From Candidatus Alectryocaccomicrobium excrementavium (GTDB lineage Bacteria; Bacillota; Clostridia; Christensenellales; Aristaeellaceae), in contig DVJN01000222.1 in assembly GCA_018716755.1 (NCBI GenBank), positions 1 to 55,559 of the forward strand: a stretch of 55,559 bases of DNA, in the 5' to 3' direction. Below the pieces are notes generated by a model. It saw only the letters and a list, made by a program, of their open reading frames with translations. It did not search any database and was not told the origin of the DNA. The position numbers and the translations under genes were made by a program. Numbering within the stretch: the stretch's first letter is position 1; every line of letters begins with the position of its first letter. Shown one piece after another: positions 8,818-18,326 of the stretch.

Positions 8818-9732
8818 TCAGCCCTTCAGCGAGCCAAGCATGACGCCTTTCACAAAGTGCTTTTGCACAAAGGGGTACACCAGCATGGCGGGCACGGACG
8901 CAGCGATGATTACGCAGTATTTCATCAGCTCGGAAATGCGCGCCATCATGGCCATGGTTTCCGGATCGGAACCGCTGGCGCTGCTGGCCACGGATTCGGA
9001 TTGCAGCAAAATCCGGCGCAGCACCATTTGCAGGGGCACGAGTTCCTGATCCGAGGTGTAGATGAGGGCGGAAAAATAGTCGTTCCAGCGGGCCACGCCG
9101 TAAAATAGCGCCATCACCGCGATAATGGCCTTGGACAGCGGCAGCACGATCTGAAAAAAGCATTGCCAAACGCTGGTGCCATCGATCTCCGCGGCTTCCA
9201 GCAGTTCCTGGGGAATCGTCTGCATGAATGTGCGGGAAACGACAAGGTTATAGGCCGTGAAGCCGCCATTGATCATCAAAATCCAGGGCGTGTTGATCAA
9301 ATCCAATTGCTTCACCACCAGATAGGTGGGGATCATGCCGCCGCTGAACATCATCGTAAAAGTAAAAATAAAGGTGAAAAGGCGCTTGCCCCGCGTGTGC
9401 CTGTTGGCCAGGGTGAAGGCCGCCGGAATGGTCACCACCAAGCTGAAGAGCGTGCCGCCTGCGGTGTAGATCAGCGAATTGCGGTAGCCGCGCCACAGAT
9501 CGTCGTGGTTGAGCATGCGGGTGTATCCCTCGATGGTGTATCCTCTGGGCCAGAAGAGCACCTGGCCGGAGTTGACCAGATTGGGATCCGAAAATGACGC
9601 GATAACAATGAAATACAGCGGATACAGAATGATCAGCAGCATCAGCACCATAATCAGCAGGTTGATGGCGTTGAACACCTTGTCCCCAAAAGGCTCCTGC
9701 ACCCGGGTTTTGGCTCTTGCGGAATGATACAC
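8818..9732 (-). CDS. Carbohydrate ABC transporter permease (LplC/MalG-like)
   Basis: 304 aa with multiple TM segments and an EAA-loop region LLEAAEIDGTSVWQCFFQIVLPLSK. It has a GTG start at 9732 with GGAGGA 6 nt upstream. Confidence 0.9.
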   Translation of the reverse strand: MYHSARAKTRVQEPFGDKVFNAINLLIMVLMLLIILYPLYFIVIASFSDPNLVNSGQVLFWPRGYTIEGYTRMLNHDDLWRGYRNSLIYTAGGTLFSLVVTIPAAFTLANRHTRGKRLFTFIFTFTMMFSGGMIPTYLVVKQLDLINTPWILMINGGFTAYNLVVSRTFMQTIPQELLEAAEIDGTSVWQCFFQIVLPLSKAIIAVMALFYGVARWNDYFSALIYTSDQELVPLQMVLRRILLQSESVASSASGSDPETMAMMARISELMKYCVIIAASVPAMLVYPFVQKHFVKGVMLGSLKG

Positions 9733-9756
9733 GCGCGTTCCTCCTTTCCGCCGCCC

Positions 9757-10701
9757 TTAGAACAGGCTGGTCGAGCTGACTTTGCGGCAGATGGCGTTTA
9801 CAATCAGCAGCAGCGAGAAATTGATCACGGAATTGAACAGGCCGACCGCCGTAGAAAAGGAAAATTGCGAATCCAGCAGGCCTCGCTTATATACATAGGT
9901 GGAAATCAGCTCGCTGGTTTCAATGTTCAGGTTGTTCTGCAACAGCAGCGCCTTTTCAAAACCCACAGAAAGCAACTGGCCAAAATTCATGATTGTGAGA
10001 ATCACAATGATGGGCACCAGCGAGGGAAAATCCACGTGGATCATCTTCTGAAAGCGGGAAGCGCCATCGATGCGCGCAGCCTCGTACAGCGTGGGATCGA
10101 CGCCGGAAAGAGTCGATACATAAAGGATGCTGTTCCAGCCGATGTTCTGCCACACGCCGGTGATGACATAGATCCAGGGGAACAGTTCCGAGCTTTCCAG
10201 AAACGCCTGCTTTTGCCCGCCCAACAGGGCGACGATCTGGTTGATGAGGCCGGAATTGGGCGAAAGGAACAGTGTGATCATGCCGCACATAACCACGGTG
10301 GAAATAAAGTGCGGCGCGTAACTCACCATCTGCACCAGCCGCTTGAAGCGCATGGCCTTCAGCTCATTGAGCAGCAGCGCAAAAATGATGGGGAATGGAA
10401 AACTCAAAACCATGCTCATCAGGCTGATGCGCACGGTATTCCCGATGATGTTTCCAAAATAGTAGCTCTGGAAAAACTGGTTAAAATACTTCATGCCCGC
10501 CCAATCGCTGGCCATCATGCCCCGGTAGGGATTGTAGTCCTTAAAGGCAATCTGCACGCCGTACATGGGCGCGTAATGAAAAATGATGACGTAGGCCAGC
10601 GCCGGCAGAAGGAAAGCATACAGCTGCCAGTAGCGCAGCACATCCATCGCGCCTGCGCGCAGGCTCTTGGCGGCAATTCCCTTTTTTCGCGCGGTTTGCA
10701 C
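9757..10701 (-). CDS. Carbohydrate ABC transporter permease (LplB/MalF-like)
   Basis: ORF 9757..10866. The conserved part begins near RYWQLYAFLLPALAYVIIFHYAPMYG, and the EAA loop is YEAARIDGASRFQKMIHVDFPSL. I prefer the GTG at 10701, preceded by GAGAGGAGAG. The ATG at 10647 is an alternative. Confidence 0.85.
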   Translation of the reverse strand: MQTARKKGIAAKSLRAGAMDVLRYWQLYAFLLPALAYVIIFHYAPMYGVQIAFKDYNPYRGMMASDWAGMKYFNQFFQSYYFGNIIGNTVRISLMSMVLSFPFPIIFALLLNELKAMRFKRLVQMVSYAPHFISTVVMCGMITLFLSPNSGLINQIVALLGGQKQAFLESSELFPWIYVITGVWQNIGWNSILYVSTLSGVDPTLYEAARIDGASRFQKMIHVDFPSLVPIIVILTIMNFGQLLSVGFEKALLLQNNLNIETSELISTYVYKRGLLDSQFSFSTAVGLFNSVINFSLLLIVNAICRKVSSTSLF

Positions 10702-10985
10702 ACAATCTCTCCTCTCTACCGCCGCGATTCGCGCGGCAATTCGGTTGAATACTATTAAATCACAGCCGGATCCAAATGTAAATATGTGATTTTTACACGC
10801 CGGATCTGCATTGACAATTGGCCAAATTTTTTGCCAGATCAACGGGTTATCGATTGTCGATTTCAAAAATCCCTGTCATTTTCAAGCCAAATTGACAATT
10901 TCACATTGCGAATTGGCGAATTCCTGTGCTATAATCGCATGTAAGAATGCCGTTATGGCTAACAATTTGTGGGAGTGTGTGTCCC

Positions 10986-13262
10986 ATGCGCAAACGCATT
11001 TTCTCCTGGGCGGCGGCCAAAGCCTTTCGCCGGCTGCTGGTGAAATATATGATCATCGTCCTGGTTCCGGTGCTGGTGCTGGTATCGGCCACGGCGCTGC
11101 TGCTGCGGGGCAATTTTTTGTCCGCCCAGGCGCGCAAGGTTCAGGACGCGCTGGACAGCGCGCAGAGTTCTGTGAATTACACGCTGGAAGCCGTGGATTC
11201 CATCATCGTCGGCATGGACAAGTCGCGCCTGATCATCCCCTCCATTTTGCAGATCGACGCCTACAGCCGTGTGAACGTTTCCAACCTGCTCAACAACTAC
11301 GCGCTGCTGGATGCGTTTTACGCCAGCCTGTACGCTTACATTCCGCAAACGCCGGATTTCCTGTATTCCCCTTCCGGTACCATGCCGCTGAGCGTGCTGG
11401 CGGAGTTTTGTTTTGCAGATGACGCTACGGCCTTCGCGCGGCAGATTGAGCAAATGGAGGGCTGCGCGCTCCGCGCCAACCTTACGGCCACGGAAGAAGC
11501 GCCCGAGCCGGTTGCGCAATTCCAGCGCAACCATGCCTATTTGTACATATGCCCCGCGCGGGGGCTTTCGAGCACGCCCGCCGTGGCGGTATTTTTGCGC
11601 ATTCCGGAGAGCGTGTTCCTCTCTGCCTATCAGGCGCTGTGGGCGGAACTTGAGCGAAACGATTATGCCCTGTGCGTGCTGGACGAAGCGGGCAACGTTA
11701 TCGGCGTGAGCGGCGGTTTGCTGGATGGTGAAGAGGTGGTATCCGCCTCGCGCCTGCAAGTGCTGGCCCAGAGTCTGGGCGCGGAGTGCTTCCGGGCGGA
11801 GCACGACAATTTTCAGATTTGCTTCTTTTTGCGCGCCGCCGTGCTGCATAGCGCCATTGGCCCGCAAATGAAAACGGTATATGCTGTGATGGGCGCCATT
11901 TTGCTCGTGGCCGCGCTGGCCAGCGTCATTCTGGCGCGGCAGGTCTACCGGCCCATTGCGCTTTTGCACCAGAATGTCATCGCCGGCATCCGTGACATGC
12001 CCATCGACAACACGGAACTCAAGAGCATCGATAAGGCCATTGAAGATATCATGCTCTCCCACCGCAAGCAGGAGGAGCAAAGCCGCCATATTCTGGATAT
12101 CACCAAGCGCCAGCTGGTGTACTGGGCGCTGCTCAACGGCCTGCCGCGCACCCGTCACATGGAGCAGCTTCTGAACATGGCTGGTTTCACCCAGCCGAAC
12201 ATGCTGTTTTGCGTGCTGGCCATCCAGCTGCCCGCCTCCACGCCGCAAAGTCTGGTGGACGAGCTCTGCCAGAGCATACAGGAGGCGGACTGGAGCAACA
12301 GCAGCGTAACCGCCGTGTGGATCCCCAGCCACGATGTGCTCAGCGTGGTGTTCCACATGTTCGTGGAACTGGATTCCCGCGCGCGGCAGGAATACGCCGC
12401 CAATATGCTTCGCATGATTCTGGAGCAATACGGCATTGCTTCGGGCATTGGCGTGGGGCTTTCGCAACCGACGCTGTACACGCTCAGCCGTTCCTACAGC
12501 ACAGCGCGACGCGCCCTGAACGGCGACAGCGTGCCCTACCGCCTGTTTGAAGACCTGCAGGACGAGGGGGCCGACCGGTTTTCCCTCTGCCTGAGCCGCC
12601 TGTGCGCGCATTTCAACGAGGCGGATGTGACAGGCGCGCGGGCCGACGTGGCGCAATACCTGCAAATGCTGGATGAAATCGCCGCCAACCGCTCGCTCCT
12701 GGCGTTTTACACCACCCGCCTGCTCAGCGATCTTTCCCGCTTTCTGGTGGACATGGGCGTTTGGCTGCCCGCGCAGATGGACAGCGAAATCGAGCGGCTG
12801 ATCTTTCTGGATACCAAGGCACTGGCGATGGAGTTGGAAACTTTGCTCGCGCAGGCCGGCGCCAATCCCGCGCCCAGCCCGCACACTCCCAGCACGAACG
12901 AGCCAAACGGCATGCTGCAAAGCGTGCATGAATACCTGGTGGAAAACGCTCTGGACCCGATGTTGAACGTCAACCTGGTGGCGGAAAAATTCGGCCTTTC
13001 CGTGGTAACGCTCAACCGCCGCTTCCGGCAGCGGTATGGCTCCACCATGGTGAGCATCGTATCCGAAATCCGCATGCAAAAGGCCATGGAGCTGCTGCGC
13101 GACAGCGATATGCGCATCAAGGACATCGTCACCGCGGTGGGTTATTTCGATGTGCCCAACTTTTCCCGCAAATTCAAAGCAGCCCTGGGCATGACGCCAG
13201 GGCAATACCGCCGCAGGGAACGCGGCGGGCTGGACGATCAGGAGGAAGCGGACGAAGAATAG
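10986..13262 (+). CDS. Membrane-anchored AraC-family transcriptional regulator (N-terminal TM/sensor region, C-terminal HTH)
   Basis: ORF 10947..13262, trimmed to MRKRIFSWAAAKAFRRLLVKYMIIVLVPVLVLV (TM helix). A second TM lies near VYAVMGAILLVAALASVILA. The C-terminal AraC HTH reads LNVNLVAEKFGLSVVTLNRRFRQRYG...GYFDVPNFSRKFKAALGMTPGQYRR. It is divergent from the ABC importer. Confidence 0.8.
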   Translation: MRKRIFSWAAAKAFRRLLVKYMIIVLVPVLVLVSATALLLRGNFLSAQARKVQDALDSAQSSVNYTLEAVDSIIVGMDKSRLIIPSILQIDAYSRVNVSNLLNNYALLDAFYASLYAYIPQTPDFLYSPSGTMPLSVLAEFCFADDATAFARQIEQMEGCALRANLTATEEAPEPVAQFQRNHAYLYICPARGLSSTPAVAVFLRIPESVFLSAYQALWAELERNDYALCVLDEAGNVIGVSGGLLDGEEVVSASRLQVLAQSLGAECFRAEHDNFQICFFLRAAVLHSAIGPQMKTVYAVMGAILLVAALASVILARQVYRPIALLHQNVIAGIRDMPIDNTELKSIDKAIEDIMLSHRKQEEQSRHILDITKRQLVYWALLNGLPRTRHMEQLLNMAGFTQPNMLFCVLAIQLPASTPQSLVDELCQSIQEADWSNSSVTAVWIPSHDVLSVVFHMFVELDSRARQEYAANMLRMILEQYGIASGIGVGLSQPTLYTLSRSYSTARRALNGDSVPYRLFEDLQDEGADRFSLCLSRLCAHFNEADVTGARADVAQYLQMLDEIAANRSLLAFYTTRLLSDLSRFLVDMGVWLPAQMDSEIERLIFLDTKALAMELETLLAQAGANPAPSPHTPSTNEPNGMLQSVHEYLVENALDPMLNVNLVAEKFGLSVVTLNRRFRQRYGSTMVSIVSEIRMQKAMELLRDSDMRIKDIVTAVGYFDVPNFSRKFKAALGMTPGQYRRRERGGLDDQEEADEE

Positions 13263-13373
13263 CCTTCCCCTCTGTGGGTTCCGCCGCTTTGCCCGGTTGT
13301 TTCGCGCCATGCGCGATGCAATAAAGGGATTTGCACCAAAATCCCGCACTTTGGATGACGAGGAGGGAAAGCC

Positions 13374-15869
13374 ATGTTTGGCTTCGAGTACCCCAGGCCA
13401 ATGCCCATCGGCCGCGTGTGCCTGGAGGTAAGCCTAAAGCCCTTTGGGCTGGATATGAGCGATGCAGGCATCGAAAATACCTGCCGCACGCTGTATGATG
13501 GCTGGCGCGAGCTGATCGGCCACGCGCAATCCGTCGCTGTGCTCCTGTGGACGAGCGATGGCAGCGAAATTCTGGAATACAACGGCGATTTGGAATCGAC
13601 CTTCGATTGGGCGCGCTACATCGGCATCGGCAACCCCAAAAAGGAATTGCCCGCCTGGGATCCCGAGGGAGAAGACCTGCACAGCCGCCCCGTTCTCTAT
13701 TGCAAAAACCCGCCGCAAATGCGCTACAGCGATTTGAAGCGCATCATCGCTGCGCTCAAGCGCGTGGGGCGCGATCTGCTGGGGCTGGAAGTGGAGGTTG
13801 GCGAAACCTTCGATCCCGGCCCGGAATTCGCCTATTCGGATTTCAAGTTTCACCGCCACCCGGAGCTGAATAAGGGCTCCATTCTGGGCATGTGGATCCA
13901 CTGCGCGGGCCAGCTCAAGGGGGATTCATACCGCTATGCCGCATATCCCAGCGGCATCCCCGAGGGCACGTATTTCGGCCGTTTTTTGGGCGAACAGTTC
14001 ATGGCGTTGCGGCGCGACGTGGGATTTGATTTCATCTGGCTGAGCAATGGCTTCGGCTTTTCCCTGCAATCGTGGAACTGGAAGGGCGAGCTGTTCGACG
14101 GCGAAACCTTCGACGATTCCGGCGCGGCGGCCGTGCGCGAAAGCATCCGCACCTTCTGGCGGGAATTCACCCGCGCCACGGGCGATATGCGCATCGAAAC
14201 CCGGGGCAGCAATCTTTCCGCCGGCATGGACATTTCCGCCCACGGCTGTCCGGTGGACGATATTTACCGCTATCCCATGGTGGCCCCGCCCAATTCGCCA
14301 TGGGCGGCGCTGAACTACCGCTTCGGCCTGGAACTGGCGGGCTATATGTCGCGCATCGCGCACTTGCCGCAAAAAGGCTATCTCTTCCGCTACTACACGC
14401 ACGATCCCTGGTGGCACAACAGCCCGTGGTTTGACCGCTACGACCGCATGCCGCACGATATCCTGCTGCCGCTCACGGTGGCGCGCATGGACGAAAATGG
14501 CAAAGTAACGCCGCCCGCCGGCATCAATTTCCTGTCCGCGGACGACTCTTATGGGTACATGCCGCGCCGCTGCCCGGTGGAGGTCACGCCCTATCTGCTG
14601 GACGCCTACAGCCATTATCCCGATGAGCCGGGCCTGGTGACGTGGCTGTATCCCTTCGAGAGTTACGTGCAAATGGGGCTGTACGAGGGCAAAATGGCCG
14701 AAATGTTCATGGATGACTGGCTCATCGAAAACGCCATCGACAACGGCCTGCCGCTCAACACCGTGGTGGCGGATGACGTATTCCTCGCTGCGGATATTGC
14801 GCCCTACCGGGGCAAAATTCTCGTTACCCCCGTTCCGCACGCGGGCAGCGTGGCGGAACAGGCGCTGCTTAAAGCGCTGCGCGCGGGCCTTAAGGTGCTG
14901 GCCTACGGCAGCACAGCCTATGCCTCGCCCGCAGTGCGGGCGCTAATCGGGGTGAAATGCGCGGAAGAAATCGCGGGCGAGTTGACCATCGAAACCGGCA
15001 TTCTGCACGATACCGCGCCGGACGCGCCCCTGCCCGCCCGGCTGCGCCATGCGCCACTGGTATCAAACGGAGGCATTTGCGAGATCGCGGGCAGCGCGGA
15101 GGTCAAAATCCTGGCGCGCGTGAGCGATGGAAAAAACCAGCGCGTTTACGCCACTTATAACGAACACGCGCTGAACGGCGCGCTGGCCTGGATGCGCGGC
15201 AGCTTCCCGCACGACGAAAAGGCGCCCGGCGCCCTGCCCGCCCAGCTCAACCGCCGCGCGTATTTCCCCGTGGCGGCCATGATGCGCGCCATGCTGGAAC
15301 CGCTCGGCGTAGCCATCCGCTTCCAGGCGGAAACGCGCGATGCGGATTTGCCGGTGCTCCACAATTCCATGTACGCCAACGGCCTTTATATCACGGGTTT
15401 TGCCAAGGACAGCACCGTGCGCATCGCGCTGTGCTATCCCGATGGCGCGCCGCTGATGGAAGGCATGGAATGCGTGCTGGAAAACGATATGGCATACTAT
15501 ATGCCCGGCAAAGTATGGCACAAGCGGTGCCGCCTGTTCGCGCGGCAAAAGGAAAAGAGCGTGGTGAGCGTCATGCGCCTCACCGCGGAGCATCCCACCA
15601 TAGACGAGCGTTTCCGCGTTTCCGGGCTAAAGGACGCCACGCTGGTCTTCCGGCCGCCGCTGGGCGCGCGCGTGCGCATCGCGCAGGGCGACGGCAGGAT
15701 GATCGCCAAAACCAACCTGCCCCTCACCTGGGCGGAAGATGGCAAAACCGTGCGTGCCGAACACGTCACGGGCGATGTGTTCGTGGCCTGGCAATGGGAC
15801 GATAGCCCGGCCAGCATGTTGCGCGAGGATCAGCGCCATCCCGAAAAGGTGGAAGAGGCGCGCCGCTAG
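13374..15869 (+). CDS. Large conserved hypothetical cytoplasmic protein. The possible glycoside-hydrolase-like role is inferred from context only.
   Basis: 831 aa with RBS GAGGAGGG and no signal peptide. The composition looks coding, rich in W/Y/F/D/E (for example GFDFIWLSNGFGFSLQSWNWKG, DPWWHNSPWFDRYDRMPHD). I do not recognise a named family or a catalytic motif. Confidence 0.5.
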   Translation: MFGFEYPRPMPIGRVCLEVSLKPFGLDMSDAGIENTCRTLYDGWRELIGHAQSVAVLLWTSDGSEILEYNGDLESTFDWARYIGIGNPKKELPAWDPEGEDLHSRPVLYCKNPPQMRYSDLKRIIAALKRVGRDLLGLEVEVGETFDPGPEFAYSDFKFHRHPELNKGSILGMWIHCAGQLKGDSYRYAAYPSGIPEGTYFGRFLGEQFMALRRDVGFDFIWLSNGFGFSLQSWNWKGELFDGETFDDSGAAAVRESIRTFWREFTRATGDMRIETRGSNLSAGMDISAHGCPVDDIYRYPMVAPPNSPWAALNYRFGLELAGYMSRIAHLPQKGYLFRYYTHDPWWHNSPWFDRYDRMPHDILLPLTVARMDENGKVTPPAGINFLSADDSYGYMPRRCPVEVTPYLLDAYSHYPDEPGLVTWLYPFESYVQMGLYEGKMAEMFMDDWLIENAIDNGLPLNTVVADDVFLAADIAPYRGKILVTPVPHAGSVAEQALLKALRAGLKVLAYGSTAYASPAVRALIGVKCAEEIAGELTIETGILHDTAPDAPLPARLRHAPLVSNGGICEIAGSAEVKILARVSDGKNQRVYATYNEHALNGALAWMRGSFPHDEKAPGALPAQLNRRAYFPVAAMMRAMLEPLGVAIRFQAETRDADLPVLHNSMYANGLYITGFAKDSTVRIALCYPDGAPLMEGMECVLENDMAYYMPGKVWHKRCRLFARQKEKSVVSVMRLTAEHPTIDERFRVSGLKDATLVFRPPLGARVRIAQGDGRMIAKTNLPLTWAEDGKTVRAEHVTGDVFVAWQWDDSPASMLREDQRHPEKVEEARR

Positions 15870-15892
15870 CCGCCCGACTCTTCAAGCAAAAA

Positions 15893-15938
15893 GGCCACCG
15901 GGCCGGGAATCCACACTTCCCGGCCCGGTGGCCTTTTG
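15893..15938 (+). terminator. Strong intrinsic terminator after the 831-aa gene
   Basis: A perfect 16-bp stem, GGCCACCGGGCCGGGA (15893-15908) / TCCCGGCCCGGTGGCC (15918-15933), has a 9-nt loop and is followed by TTTTG. Confidence 0.85.
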
Positions 15939-16083
15939 CTCTTCCGTTCCCAACCGCCGCTCTGCGCTGGGCGCACGCCGCGCCATTTCTCACTCCCAAA
16001 ATTTTACGGGAATCCGTGCCATACGCGTCCCCTAAATATGGTATAATATTTTCTGTCACCGCGGCGGGCTTGCCGGACGCTAT

Positions 16084-16423
16084 ATGGGGAGGTTGCGCTA
16101 CGCCATCGTGCTGATTTGTGCCGTTTCCTTCGCGATGGTGGCCATTGGCCTTTTCCCGCCAACTGATGGGCATGGCCGGGGCCAGGGCCAGCACCATCGC
16201 AGGCGCAGAAACCCATTTCCGCATTCTGGCCTGTTTCCTGCCCGTGAACGCCCTGTCCATGGGCATTGCGCTCCGGACTGGCCGTTTTCGACGATTGGAC
16301 CAGTCAAAGCCCCGTATTCGCGCTGATGGGCGCGTGGTTTACCAGCCTGGTGGATATGATCGTGCGCATGACCTGCGTGCCGCGCCGGTTCAACAGCGGC
16401 AAGTGGCACAACATTCAAGTATA
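16084..16423 (+). pseudogene. Frameshifted C-terminal remnant of a MATE-family efflux transporter
   Basis: Three overlapping frames together give MATE-like C-terminal sequence. They read RYAIVLICAVSFAMVAIGLFP, then RQLMGMAGARASTIAGAETHFRILACFLPVNALSMGIALRTG, then SPVFALMGAWFTSLVDMIVRMTCVPRRFNSGKWHNI. The last piece carries the typical MATE tail R-F-x-S-G-K-W. There is no N-terminal 300+ aa and no intact frame. Confidence 0.5.
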
Positions 16424-16436
16424 TAAGGAGATTTTT

Positions 16437-17099
16437 ATGCTGAACCTAGGATTGCCCGTGGCCATTTTCGACATGGATGGAACGCTGATCGATTCCATGC
16501 CCACCTGGCGCACCCTGAACACCAGCTTTCTCGCGCGCCACAGCCTGCCTGCCACCCCTGAACTGCTGGAAGAGCTGGATCTGCACACCATGCCCGGCAT
16601 CGCGCGGGTGCTCATCGAAACATTTTCTCTCTCCATGACGGTGGAAGAAATCGTGGCGGAGAATTATCAATACATGGATCAGCAATATGACCATCTCGGC
16701 GAAAAACCTGGCGCGCACGCCTATCTGGACGCTCTGCGCGCCGCTGGCGTGCGCATGGCCGTGGCCACCTACACGCCGCTCCCCATGGCGTTGCACGCGC
16801 TACAGGCGCAGGGCATGCTCGATTATTTTGCCTGGGTAACCACACCCGAAGTAGAGGGCATCCGCAAGACCGATCCCGCATTTTTCCGCGCTCTCGCCCA
16901 GAAGATGGCGGTGGCGCCGGAAGAAATCGTCGTATATGAGGACACGCCCGCCGTGTTATACGCCGCCAAAGAAAGCGGCGCGAAGGCCGCAGCCATCGCG
17001 GAATCCGTGTGGCAGGACCATTGGCCGGAAATGCAAAAAAAATGCGATATCGCCATCAAAGATTATCGGGATTTGCTTGCGCAGAACCCAAAAACCTGA
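16437..17099 (+). CDS. HAD-superfamily phosphatase (beta-phosphoglucomutase/sugar-phosphatase-like subfamily IA)
   Basis: ORF 16266..17099, trimmed to MLNLGLPVAIFDMDGTLIDS (HAD motif I DxDGT). The RBS is AAGGAG plus 7 nt. The late motif is VVYEDTPAVLYAAKESG. Confidence 0.85.
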   Translation: MLNLGLPVAIFDMDGTLIDSMPTWRTLNTSFLARHSLPATPELLEELDLHTMPGIARVLIETFSLSMTVEEIVAENYQYMDQQYDHLGEKPGAHAYLDALRAAGVRMAVATYTPLPMALHALQAQGMLDYFAWVTTPEVEGIRKTDPAFFRALAQKMAVAPEEIVVYEDTPAVLYAAKESGAKAAAIAESVWQDHWPEMQKKCDIAIKDYRDLLAQNPKT

Positions 17100-17137
17100 T
17101 ATAATCTTTCATAATGGAATCAATTGGAGGTGCCAAT

Positions 17138-18292
17138 ATGCGCGCAATCGGGAACGGCCGCATCGTCATGCCCATGGGCGTGGTGGAAAACGCGGCGCTT
17201 TTGTTTGGTGAAAAAATCATTGGCCTGGTGGATGCGGAAGCCATCCGGGCCCAGGGCGAAGTGGAATGGATCGATGCCCAGGGGGGCTATGTCATTCCGG
17301 GGCTGGTCGATATGCACATTCACGGCTATCTGGGCGAAGACACCAGCGACGGCAAGGTGGACGGTCTGATAACCATGGCGGAAGGCATTGCCAAAAACGG
17401 CGTGACCAGCTGGTTGCCCACCACAATGACGGTCTCGCTCGCAGAAATCCACGCCGCGCTGGACGCTGTCCGCAAATTGATGGAATTGGGCAAATCCCCG
17501 GACTTCCGGGGCGCACGCGCCCTGGGCGCGAATGCCGAAGGGCCGTTTATCAACCCAAAGAAAAAGGGTGCCCAGGCGGAAACCAACATTCTGCCGCCAG
17601 ACGCCAGCCTGATCATCGGCAATGCCGATGTAATCCGCATCTTTACGTTGGCGCCGGAAATGCCCGGCGCGCTGGAATGCATCCGCACAGTGCGCGAAAA
17701 AACGAATGTGGAGGCTTCCATTGGCCACACGAACGCGACCTATGAAGAGGCCAGGGCCGGAATGGAAGCAGGCGCGCGGCACGTTACGCACCTGTTCAAC
17801 GCGCAAACCCCTCTCGCCCACCGCGATCCCGGCGTCGTGGGTGCGGCGCTGCAGGCCGAAGGCGTGAGTACGGAAATGATCTGCGACAATTTCCACATCA
17901 ATCCCGCCGTGTTCCCGCTGGTGCGCAAGATGAAGGGCGATAAGCTGGTGCTGATCACGGACTGCACCCGCGCGGGCGGCCTGGAAGACGGCGAATACAC
18001 GCTGGGCGGCCAGCCGATTTTCGTAAAGGGCGTGGAATGCCGCCTGGCGGACGGCACCATCGCCGGCAGCGTGCTGAAGCTCAACCACGCCGTGCGCAAT
18101 TATCTGCGGGCGACTGGCTGCCCGGTGTGGGAGGCCGTCAACGCCGCCAGCCTCACGCCAGCGAAAGTCATCCATGTGGACGATCGCAAAGGGAGCCTCG
18201 AGCCGGGCAAGGATGCGGATATTGCCATCCTGGACGGCGATTTCGAAGTGCGCTCCACCATCATCGGCGGCAAAACTGTTTATACGGCATAA
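17138..18292 (+). CDS. nagA: N-acetylglucosamine-6-phosphate deacetylase
   Basis: Trimmed to MRAIGNGRIV, after GGAGG. The amidohydrolase HxH motif is GLVDMHIHGYLG. Family-typical IGHTNATYEE, HLFNAQ and ITDC are present, and the C-terminus is EPGKDADIAILD. Confidence 0.9.
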   Translation: MRAIGNGRIVMPMGVVENAALLFGEKIIGLVDAEAIRAQGEVEWIDAQGGYVIPGLVDMHIHGYLGEDTSDGKVDGLITMAEGIAKNGVTSWLPTTMTVSLAEIHAALDAVRKLMELGKSPDFRGARALGANAEGPFINPKKKGAQAETNILPPDASLIIGNADVIRIFTLAPEMPGALECIRTVREKTNVEASIGHTNATYEEARAGMEAGARHVTHLFNAQTPLAHRDPGVVGAALQAEGVSTEMICDNFHINPAVFPLVRKMKGDKLVLITDCTRAGGLEDGEYTLGGQPIFVKGVECRLADGTIAGSVLKLNHAVRNYLRATGCPVWEAVNAASLTPAKVIHVDDRKGSLEPGKDADIAILDGDFEVRSTIIGGKTVYTA

Positions 18293-18326
18293 TTAACGCA
18301 CATTCTTATTAAGGAGGCGCTTGCCC

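Noticed and set aside
10959-13349. A 796-aa ORF on the minus strand covers the whole AraC-regulator gene.
   Set aside because: It lies antisense to a gene with a clear AraC HTH and TM helices. Its translation is dominated by R/A/G/H/Q runs with no recognisable motif, and it has no RBS. This is the typical shadow ORF of a high-GC genome, where stop codons are rare on the antisense strand.
16084-16426. Track ORFs 16084..16326 and 16118..16426 were considered as separate small genes.
   Set aside because: Neither has an RBS, and both overlap each other in different frames. Read together with the 16266 frame, they reconstruct a MATE C-terminus. They are therefore interpreted as pseudogene fragments.
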